Below are positions 50,493 through 61,208 of a DNA stretch of 64,000 nucleotides, in pieces; the stretch's first letter is position 1, and every line of letters starts with the position of its first letter. Location: assembly GCA_964016885.1 (NCBI GenBank), contig OZ024745.1, positions 59,892,001-59,956,000 on the forward strand. The letters run 5' to 3'. A program made the position numbers and the translations under genes. Origin of the DNA: Eledone cirrhosa. Lineage: Eukaryota. The notes beneath the pieces are model-generated. The model made no database searches, was not told where the DNA came from, and saw only the letters and a list, made by a program, of their open reading frames with translations.

Positions 50493-53095
50493 GACTTGGA
50501 GTGAAAACCTCGACTTGGAGTGAGAACCTCGACTTGGAGTGAGAACCTCGACTTGGAGTGAAAACCTCGACTTGGAGTGAGAACCTCGACTTGGAGTGAA
50601 AACCTCGACTTGGAGTGAAAACCTCGACTTGGAGTGAGAACCTCGACTTGGAGTGAAAACCTCGACTTGGAGTGAGAACCTCGACTTGGAGTGAAAACCA
50701 CGACTTGGAGTGAAAACCTCGACTTGGAGTGAAAACCTCGACTTGGAGTGAGAACCTCGACTTGGAGTGAGAACCTCGATTTGGAGTGAAAACCTCGACT
50801 TGGAGTGAGAACCTCGACTTGGAGTGAGAACCTCGACTTGGAGTGAGAACCTCGACTTGGAGTGAGAACCTCGACTTGGAGTGAGAACCTCGACTTGGAG
50901 TGAGAACCTCGACTTGGAGTGAAAACCTCGACTTGGAGTGAGAACCTCGACTTGGAGTGAGAACCTCGACTTGGAGTGAGAACCTCGACTTGGAGTGAAA
51001 ACTTCGACTTGGAGTGAGAACCTCGACTTGGAGTGAGAACCTCGACTTGGAGTGAGAACCTCGACTTGGAGTGGAAACTTCGACTTGGAGTGAGAACCTC
51101 GACTTGGAGTGGAAACCTCGACTTGGAGTGAGAACCTCGACTTGGAGTGAGAACCTCGACTTGGAGTGAAAACCTCGACTTGGAGTGAGAACCTCGACTT
51201 GGAGTGAAAACCTCGACTTGGAGTGAGAACCTCGACTTGGAGTGAAAACCTCGACTTGGAGTGAGAACCTCGACTTGGAGTGAGAACCTCGACTTGGAGT
51301 GAGAACCTCGACTTGGAGTGAGAACCTCGACTTGGAGTGAGAACCTCGACTTTGAGTGAAAACCTCGACTTGGAGAGAGAACCTCCACTTGGAGTGAGAA
51401 CCTCGACTTTGAGTGAAAACCTCGACTTGGAGTGAGAACCTCGACTTTGAGTGAAAACCTCGACTTGGAGTGAGAACCTCGACTTGGAGTGAGAACCTCG
51501 ACTTGGAGTGAGAACCTCGACTTGGAGTGGAAACCTCGACTTGGAGTGAGAACCTCGACTTGGAGTGAAAACCTCGACTTGGAGTGAGAACCTCGACTTG
51601 GAGTGAAAACCTCGACTTGGAGTGAAAACCTCGACTTGGAGTGAAAACCTCGACTTGGAGTGAGAACCTCGACTTGGAGTGAAAACCTCGACTTGGAGTG
51701 AGAACCTCGACTTGGAGTGAAAACCTCGACTTGGAGTGAGAACCTCGACTTGGAGTGAGAACCTCGACTTGGAGTGAGAACCTCGACTTGGAGTGAGAAC
51801 CTCGACTTTGAGTGAAAACCTCGACTTGGAGAGAGAACCTCGACTTGGAGTGAAAACCTCGACTTTGAGTGAAAACCTCGACTTGGAGTGAGAACCTCGA
51901 CTTGGAGTGAAAACCTCGACTTGGAGTGAAAACCTCGACTTGGAGTGAGAACCTCGACTTGGAGTGAAAACCTCGACTTGGCGTGAAAACCTCGACTTGG
52001 AGTGAAAACCTCGACTTGGAGTGAGAACCTCGACTTGGAGTGAGAACCTCGACTTGGAGTGAGAACCTCGACTTGGAGTGAAAACCTCGACTTGGAGTGA
52101 GAACCTCGACTTGGAGTGAGAACCTCGACTTGGAGTGAGAACCTCGACGTGGAGTGAGAACCTCGACTTGGAGTGAGAACCTCGACTTGGAGTGAAAACC
52201 TCGACTTGGAGTGAGAACCTCGACTTGGAGTGAAAACCTCGACTTGGAGTGAGAACCTCGACTTGGAGTGAGAACCTCGACTTGGAGTGAAAACCTCGAC
52301 TTGGAGTGAAAACCTCGACTTGGAGTGAAAACCTCGACTTGGAGTGAAAACCTCGACTAGGAGTGAGAACCTCGACTTGGAGTGAGAACCTCGACTTGGA
52401 GTGAGAACCTCGACTTGGAGTGAGAACCTCGACTTGGAGTGAGAACCTCGACTTGGAGTGAGAACCTCGACTTGCAGTGAAAACCTCGACTTGGAGTGAG
52501 AACCTCGACTTGCAGTGAAAACCTCGACTTGGAGTGAGAACCTCGACTTGCAGTGAAAACCTCGACTTGGAGTGAGAACCTCGACTTGGAGTGAAAACCT
52601 CGACTTGCAGTGAAAACCTCGACTTGGAGTGAGAACCTCGACTTGGAGTGAAAACCTCGACTTGGAGTGAAAACCTCGACTTGGAATGAAGACCTCGACT
52701 TGGAGTGAGAACCTCGACTTGGAGTAAGAACCTCGACTTGGAGTGAGAACCTCGACTTGGAGTGAGAACCTCGACTTGGAGTGAGAACCTCGACTTGGAG
52801 TGTAAACTGCGACTCTGAGTGAAAACCTCGACGTGGAGTGAGAACCTCGACTTGGAGTGAAAACCTCGACTTGGAGTGAGAACCTCGACTTGGAGTGAGA
52901 ACCTCGACTTGGAGTGAAAACCTCGACTTGGAGTGAAAACCTCGACTTGGAGTGAAAACCTCGACTTGGAGTGAGAACCTCGACTTGGAGTGAAAACCTC
53001 GACTTGGAGTGTAAACTGCGACTTGGAGTGAGAACCTCGACTTGGAGTGAAAACCTCGACTTGGAGTGTAAACTGCGACTTGGAGTGTAAACTGC

Positions 53096-53513
53096 GACTT
53101 GGAGTGTAATGTACAACTTGGAGCATAATGTACAACTTGGAGCATAATGTACGACTTGGAGCATAATGTACGACTTAGAGTGTAATGTAGGACTTAGAGT
53201 GTAATGTAGGACTTAGAGTGTAATGTAGGACTTAGAGTGTAATGTAGGACTTAGAGTGTAATGTAGGACTAGGAGCATAATGTAGGACTAGGAGCATAAT
53301 GTACGACTTGGAGTGTAATGTATGACTTGGAGTGTAATGTAGGACTTGGAGTGTAAACTGCGAGTTGAAATATAAATTGCGACTTGGATTGTAAACCTTG
53401 ACTTGCAGTGTATTGAACAACTTGGGGTGTATACTGCGGCTTAGAGTGTAAACTGCGGCTCCGAATATAAACTACGACTTGCAGTGTCATATATGACTCT
53501 GAGTGAAAACCTC
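53096..53513 (+). repeat. Cassette copy 16 (GTATGAC + GGCTTAGAG subtype)
   Basis: Same as copy 13. Confidence 0.95.
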
Positions 53514-53950
53514 GACTTGGAGTGAAAACCTCGACTTGGAGTGAGAACCTCGACTTGGAGTGAGAACCTCGACTTGGAGTGAGAACCTCGACTTGGAGTG
53601 AAAACCTCGACTTGGAGTGAAAACCTCGACTTGGAGTGAAAACCTCGACTTGGAGTGAGAACCTCGACTTGGAGTCAGAACCTCGACTTGGAGTCAGAAC
53701 CTCAACTTGGAGTCAGAACCTCGACTTGGAGTCAGAACCTCGACTTGGAGTCAGAACCTCGACTTGGAGTGAAAACCTCGACTTGGAGTGAAAACCTCGA
53801 CTTGGAGTGAGAACCTCGACTTGGAGTGAGAACCTCGACTTGGAGTGAAAACCTCGACTTGGAGTGAGAACCTCTACTTGGAGTGAAAACCTCGACTTGG
53901 AGTGAAAACCTCGACTTGGAGTGTAAACTGCGACTTGGAGTGTAAACTGC

Positions 53951-54349
53951 GACTTGGAGTGTAATGTACAACTTGGAGCATAATGTACAACTTGGAGCAT
54001 AATGTACGACTTGGAGCATAATGTACGACTTAGAGTGTAATGTAGGACTTAGAGTGTAATGTAGGACTTAGAGTGTAATGTAGGACTTAGAGTGTAATGT
54101 AGGACTAGGAGCATAATGTAGGACTAGGAGCATAATGTACGACTTGGAGTGTAATGTAGGACTTGGAGTGTAATGTAGGACTTGGAGTGTAAACTGCGAG
54201 TTGAAATATAAATTGCGACTTGGATTGTAAACCTTGACTTGCAGTGTATTGAACAACTTGGGGTGTATACTGCGGCTTGGAGTGTAAACTGCGGCTCCGA
54301 ATATAAACTACGACTTGCAGTGTCATATATGACTCTGAGTGAAAACCTC
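53951..54349 (+). repeat. Cassette copy 17 (4 TTAGAG subtype)
   Basis: Same as copy 14; only 44 monomers after copy 16. Confidence 0.95.
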
Positions 54350-56952
54350 GACTTGGAGTGAAAACCTCGACTTGGAGTGAGAACCTCGACTTGGAGTGAG
54401 AACCTCGACTTGGAGTGAAAACCTCGACTTGGAGTGAGAACCTCGACTTGGAGTGAAAACCTCGACTTGGAGTGAAAACCTCGACTTGGAGTGAGAACCT
54501 CGACTTGGAGTGAAAACCTCGACTTGGAGTGAGAACCTCGACTTGGAGTGAAAACCACGACTTGGAGTGAAAACCTCGACTTGGAGTGAAAACCTCGACT
54601 TGGAGTGAGAACCTCGACTTGGAGTGAGAACCTCGATTTGGAGTGAAAACCTCGACTTGGAGTGAGAACCTCGACTTGGAGTGAGAACCTCGACTTGGAG
54701 TGAGAACCTCGACTTGGAGTGAGAACCTCGACTTGGAGTGAGAACCTCGACTTGGAGTGAGAACCTCGACTTGGAGTGAAAACCTCGACTTGGAGTGAGA
54801 ACCTCGACTTGGAGTGAGAACCTCGACTTGGAGTGAGAACCTCGACTTGGAGTGAAAACTTCGACTTGGAGTGAGAACCTCGACTTGGAGTGAGAACCTC
54901 GACTTGGAGTGAGAACCTCGACTTGGAGTGGAAACTTCGACTTGGAGTGAGAACCTCGACTTGGAGTGGAAACCTCGACTTGGAGTGAGAACCTCGACTT
55001 GGAGTGAGAACCTCGACTTGGAGTGAAAACCTCGACTTGGAGTGAGAACCTCGACTTGGAGTGAAAACCTCGGCTTGGAGTGAGAACCTCGACTTGGAGT
55101 GAAAACCTCGACTTGGAGTGAGAACCTCGACTTGGAGTGAGAACCTCGACTTGGAGTGAGAACCTCGACTTGGAGTGAGAACCTCGACTTGGAGTGAGAA
55201 CCTCGACTTTGAGTGAAAACCTCGACTTGGAGAGAGAACCTCCACTTGGAGTGAGAACCTCGACTTTGAGTGAAAACCTCGACTTGGAGTGAGAACCTCG
55301 ACTTTGAGTGAAAACCTCGACTTGGAGTGAGAACCTCGACTTGGAGTGAGAACCTCGACTTGGAGTGAGAACCTCGACTTGGAGTGGAAACCTCGACTTG
55401 GAGTGAGAACCTCGACTTGGAGTGAAAACCTCGACTTGGAGTGAGAACCTCGACTTGGAGTGAAAACCTCGACTTGGAGTGAAAACCTCGACTTGGAGTG
55501 AAAACCTCGACTTGGAGTGAGAACCTCGACTTGGAGTGAAAACCTCGACTTGGAGTGAGAACCTCGACTTGGAGTGAAAACCTCGACTTGGAGTGAGAAC
55601 CTCGACTTGGAGTGAGAACCTCGACTTGGAGTGAGAACCTCGACTTGGAGTGAGAACCTCGACTTTGAGTGAAAACCTCGACTTGGAGAGAGAACCTCGA
55701 CTTGGAGTGAAAACCTCGACTTTGAGTGAAAACCTCGACTTGGAGTGAGAACCTCGACTTGGAGTGAAAACCTCGACTTGGAGTGAAAACCTCGACTTGG
55801 AGTGAGAACCTCGACTTGGAGTGAAAACCTCGACTTGGCGTGAAAACCTCGACTTGGAGTGAAAACCTCGACTTGGAGTGAGAACCTCGACTTGGAGTGA
55901 GAACCTCGACTTGGAGTGAGAACCTCGACTTGGAGTGAAAACCTCGACTTGGAGTGAGAACCTCGACTTGGAGTGAGAACCTCGACTTGGAGTGAGAACC
56001 TCGACGTGGAGTGAGAACCTCGACTTGGAGTGAGAACCTCGACTTGGAGTGAAAACCTCGACTTGGAGTGAGAACCTCGACTTGGAGTGAAAACCTCGAC
56101 TTGGAGTGAGAACCTCGACTTGGAGTGAGAACCTCGACTTGGAGTGAAAACCTCGACTTGGAGTGAAAACCTCGACTTGGAGTGAAAACCTCGACTTGGA
56201 GTGAAAACCTCGACTAGGAGTGAGAACCTCGACTTGGAGTGAGAACCTCGACTTGGAGTGAGAACCTCGACTTGGAGTGAGAACCTCGACTTGGAGTGAG
56301 AACCTCGACTTGGAGTGAGAACCTCGACTTGCAGTGAAAACCTCGACTTGGAGTGAGAACCTCGACTTGCAGTGAAAACCTCGACTTGGAGTGAGAACCT
56401 CGACTTGCAGTGAAAACCTCGACTTGGAGTGAGAACCTCGACTTGGAGTGAAAACCTCGACTTGCAGTGAAAACCTCGACTTGGAGTGAGAACCTCGACT
56501 TGGAGTGAAAACCTCGACTTGGAGTGAAAACCTCGACTTGGAATGAAGACCTCGACTTGGAGTGAGAACCTCGACTTGGAGTAAGAACCTCGACTTGGAG
56601 TGAGAACCTCGACTTGGAGTGAGAACCTCGACTTGGAGTGAGAACCTCGACTTGGAGTGTAAACTGCGACTCTGAGTGAAAACCTCGACGTGGAGTGAGA
56701 ACCTCGACTTGGAGTGAAAACCTCGACTTGGAGTGAGAACCTCGACTTGGAGTGAGAACCTCGACTTGGAGTGAAAACCTCGACTTGGAGTGAAAACCTC
56801 GACTTGGAGTGAAAACCTCGACTTGGAGTGAGAACCTCGACTTGGAGTGAAAACCTCGACTTGGAGTGTAAACTGCGACTTGGAGTGAGAACCTCGACTT
56901 GGAGTGAAAACCTCGACTTGGAGTGTAAACTGCGACTTGGAGTGTAAACTGC

Positions 56953-57370
56953 GACTTGGAGTGTAATGTACAACTTGGAGCATAATGTACAACTTGGAGC
57001 ATAATGTACGACTTGGAGCATAATGTACGACTTAGAGTGTAATGTAGGACTTAGAGTGTAATGTAGGACTTAGAGTGTAATGTAGGACTTAGAGTGTAAT
57101 GTAGGACTTAGAGTGTAATGTAGGACTAGGAGCATAATGTAGGACTAGGAGCATAATGTACGACTTGGAGTGTAATGTATGACTTGGAGTGTAATGTAGG
57201 ACTTGGAGTGTAAACTGCGAGTTGAAATATAAATTGCGACTTGGATTGTAAACCTTGACTTGCAGTGTATTGAACAACTTGGGGTGTATACTGCGGCTTA
57301 GAGTGTAAACTGCGGCTCCGAATATAAACTACGACTTGCAGTGTCATATATGACTCTGAGTGAAAACCTC
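56953..57370 (+). repeat. Cassette copy 18 (GTATGAC + GGCTTAGAG subtype)
   Basis: Same as copy 13. Confidence 0.95.
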
Positions 57371-60300
57371 GACTTGGAGTGAAAACCTCGACTTGGAGTG
57401 AGAACCTCGACTTGGAGTGAGAACCTCGACTTGGAGTGAAAACCTCGACTTGGAGTGAGAACCTCGACTTGGAGTGAAAACCTCGACTTGGAGTGAAAAC
57501 CTCGACTTGGAGTGAGAACCTCGACTTGGAGTGAGAACCTCGACTTGGAGTGAAAACCTCGACTTGGAGTGAGAACCTCGACTTGGAGTGAGAACCTCGA
57601 CTTGGAGTGAGAACCTCGACTTTGAGTGAAAACCTCGACTTGGAGTGAGAACCTCGACTTGGAGTGAAAACCTCGACTTGGAGTGAAAACCTTGACTTGG
57701 AGTGAAAACCTCGACTTGGAGTGAAAACCTCGACTTGGAGTGAGAACCTCGACTTGGAGTGAGAACCTCGACTTGGAGTGAAAACCTCGACTTGGAGTGA
57801 GAACCTCGACTTGGAGTGATAACCTCGACTTGGAGTGAGAACCTCGACTTGGAGTGAAAACCTCGACTTGGAGTGAAAACCTCGACTTGGAGTGAAAACC
57901 TCGACTTGGAGTGAAAACCTCGACTTGGAGTGAAAACCTCGACTTGGAGTGAGAACCTCGACTTGGAGTGAGAACCTCGACTTGGAGTGAAAACCTCGAC
58001 TTGGAGTGAGAACCTCGACTTGAAGTGAGAAGCTCGACTTGGAGTGAAAACCTCGACTTGGAGTGAAAACTTCGACTTGGAGTGAGAACCTCGACTTGGA
58101 GTGAGAACCTCGACTTGGAGTGAGAACCTCGACTTGGAGTGAGAACCTCGACTTGGAGTGAGAACCTCGACTTGGAGTGAGAACCTCGACTTGGAGTGAG
58201 AACCTCGACTTGGAGTGAAAACCTCGACTTGGAGTGAGAACCTCGACTTGGAGCGAAAACCTCGACTTGGAGTGAGAACCTCGACTTGGAGTGAAAACCT
58301 CGACTTGGAGTGAGAACCTCGACTTGGAGTGAAAACCTCGACTTGGAGTGAAAACCTCGACTTGGAGTGAAAACCTCGACTTGGAGTGAAAACCTCGACT
58401 TGGAGTGAAAACCTCGACTTGGAGTGAGAACCTCGACTTGGAGTGAAAACCTCGACTTGGAGTGAAAACCTCGACTTGGAGTGAGAACCTCGACTTGGAG
58501 TGAGAACCTCGACTTGGAGTGAAAACCTCGACTTGGAGTGAGAACCTCGACTTGGAGTGAGAACCTCGACTTGGAGTGAGAACCTCGACTTGGAGTGAAA
58601 ACCTCGACTTGGAGTGAAAACCTCGACTTGGAGTGAAAACCTCGACTTGGATTGAGAACCTCGACTTGGAGTGAAAACCTCGACTTGGAGTGAAAACCTC
58701 GACTTGGAGTGAGAACCTCGACTTGGAGTGAGAACCTCGACTTGGAGTGAAAACCTCGACTTGGAGTGAGAACCTCGACTTGGAGTGAGAACCTCGACTT
58801 GGAGTGAGAACCTCGACTTGGAGTGAAAACTTCGACTTGGAGTGAGAACCTCGACTTGGAGTGAGAACCTCGACTTGGAGTGGAAACCTCGACTTGGAGT
58901 GAGAACCTCGACTTGGAGTGAGAACCTCGACTTGGAGTGAGAACCTCGACTTGGAGTGAGAACCTCGACTTGGAGTGAAAACCTCGACTTGGAGTGAGAA
59001 CCTCGACTTGGAGTGAAAACCTCGACTTGGAGTGAGAACCTCGACTTGGAGTGAAAACCTCGACTTGGAGTGAGAACCTCGACTTGGAGTGAGAACCTCG
59101 ACTTGGAGTGAGAACCTCGACTTGGAGTGAGAACCTCGACTTTGAGTGAAAACCTCGACTTGGAGAGAGAACCTCGACTTGGAGTGAAAACCTCGACTTT
59201 GAGTGAAAACCTCGACTTGGAGTGAGAACCTCGACTTGGAGTGAAAACCTCGACTTGGAGTGAAAACCTCGACTTGGAGTGAGAACCTCGACTTGGAGTG
59301 AAAACCTCGACTTGGCGTGAAAACCTCGACTTGGAGTGAAAACCTCGACTTGGAGTGAGAACCTCGACTTGGAGTGAGAACCTCGACTTGGAGTGAGAAC
59401 CTCGACTTGGAGTGAAAACCTCGACTTGGAGTGAGAACCTCGACTTGGAGTGAGAACCTCGACTTGGAGTGAAAACCTCGACTTGGAGTGAGAACCTCGA
59501 CTTGGAGTGAAAACCTCGACTTGGAGTGAAAACCTCGACTTGGAGTGAGAACCTCGACTTGGAGTGAAAACCTCGACTTGGAGTGAAAACCTCGACTTGG
59601 AGTGAAAACCTCGACTTGGAGTGAAAACCTCGACTAGGAGTGAGAACCTCGACTTGGAGTGAGAACCTCGACTTGGAGTGAGAACCTCGACTTGGAGTGA
59701 GAACCTCGACTTGGAGTGAGAACCTCGACTTGGAGTGAGAACCTCGACTTGCAGTGAAAACCTCGACTTGGAGTGAGAACCTCGACTTGGAGTGAGAACC
59801 TCGACTTGGAGTGAGAACCTCGACTTGCAGTGAAAACCTCGACTTGGAGTGAGAACCTCGACTTGGAGTGAGAACCTCGACTTGCAGTGAAAACCTCGAC
59901 TTGGAGTGAGAACCTCGACTTGGAGTGAAAACCTCGACTTGCAGTGAAAACCTCGACTTGGAGTGAGAACCTCGACTTGGAGTGAGAACCTCGACTTGGA
60001 GTAAGAACCTCGACTTGGAGTGAGAACCTCGACTTGGAGTGAGAACCTCGACTTGGAGTGAGAACCTCGACTTGGAGTGTAAACTGCGACTCTGAGTGAA
60101 AACCTCGACGTGGAGTGAGAACCTCGACTTGGAGTGAAAACCTCGACTTGGAGTGAGAACCTCGACTTGGAGTGAGAACCTCGACTTGGAGTGAAAACCT
60201 CGACTTGGAGTGAAAACCTCGACTTGGAGTGAAAACCTCGACTTGGAGTGAGAACCTCGACTTGGAGTGAAAACCTCGACTTGGAGTGAAAACCTCGACT

Positions 60301-60809
60301 TGGAGTGAGAACCTCGACTTGGAGTGAGAACCTCGACTTGGAGTGTAAACTGCGACTCTGAGTGAAAACCTCGACTTGGAGTGAGAACCTCGACTTGGAG
60401 TGAAAACCTCGACTTGGAGTGAGAACCTCGACTTGGAGTGAGAACCTCGACTTGGAGTGAAAACCTCGACTTGGAGTGAGAACCTCGACTTGGAGTGAAA
60501 ACCTCGACTTGGAGTGAGAACCTCGACTTGGAGTCAGAACCTCGACTTGGAGTCAGAACCTCAACTTGGAGTCAGAACCTCGACTTGGAGTCAGAACCTC
60601 GACTTGGAGTCAGAACCTCGACTTGGAGTGAAAACCTCGACTTGGAGTGAAAACCTCGACTTGGAGTGAGAACCTCGACTTGGAGTGAGAACCTCGACTT
60701 GGAGTGAAAACCTCGACTTGGAGTGAGAACCTCTACTTGGAGTGAAAACCTCGACTTGGAGTGAAAACCTCGACTTGGAGTGTAAACTGCGACTTGGAGT
60801 GTAAACTGC

Positions 60810-61208
60810 GACTTGGAGTGTAATGTACAACTTGGAGCATAATGTACAACTTGGAGCATAATGTACGACTTGGAGCATAATGTACGACTTAGAGTGTAAT
60901 GTAGGACTTAGAGTGTAATGTAGGACTTAGAGTGTAATGTAGGACTTAGAGTGTAATGTAGGACTAGGAGCATAATGTAGGACTAGGAGCATAATGTACG
61001 ACTTGGAGTGTAATGTAGGACTTGGAGTGTAATGTAGGACTTGGAGTGTAAACTGCGAGTTGAAATATAAATTGCGACTTGGATTGTAAACCTTGACTTG
61101 CAGTGTATTGAACAACTTGGGGTGTATACTGCGGCTTGGAGTGTAAACTGCGGCTCCGAATATAAACTACGACTTGCAGTGTCATATATGACTCTGAGTG
61201 AAAACCTC
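60810..61208 (+). repeat. Cassette copy 19 (4 TTAGAG subtype)
   Basis: Same as copy 14. Confidence 0.95.

Larger units (their letters stand above)
49809..57420 (+). repeat. Near-perfect tandem duplication, period 3857 bp (203 monomers); boundaries approximate
   Basis: ORFs 50267..53164 and 54124..57021, 50466..53135 and 54323..56992, and 52357..53145 and 56214..57002 are all offset by 3857 and nearly identical. Confidence 0.9.
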
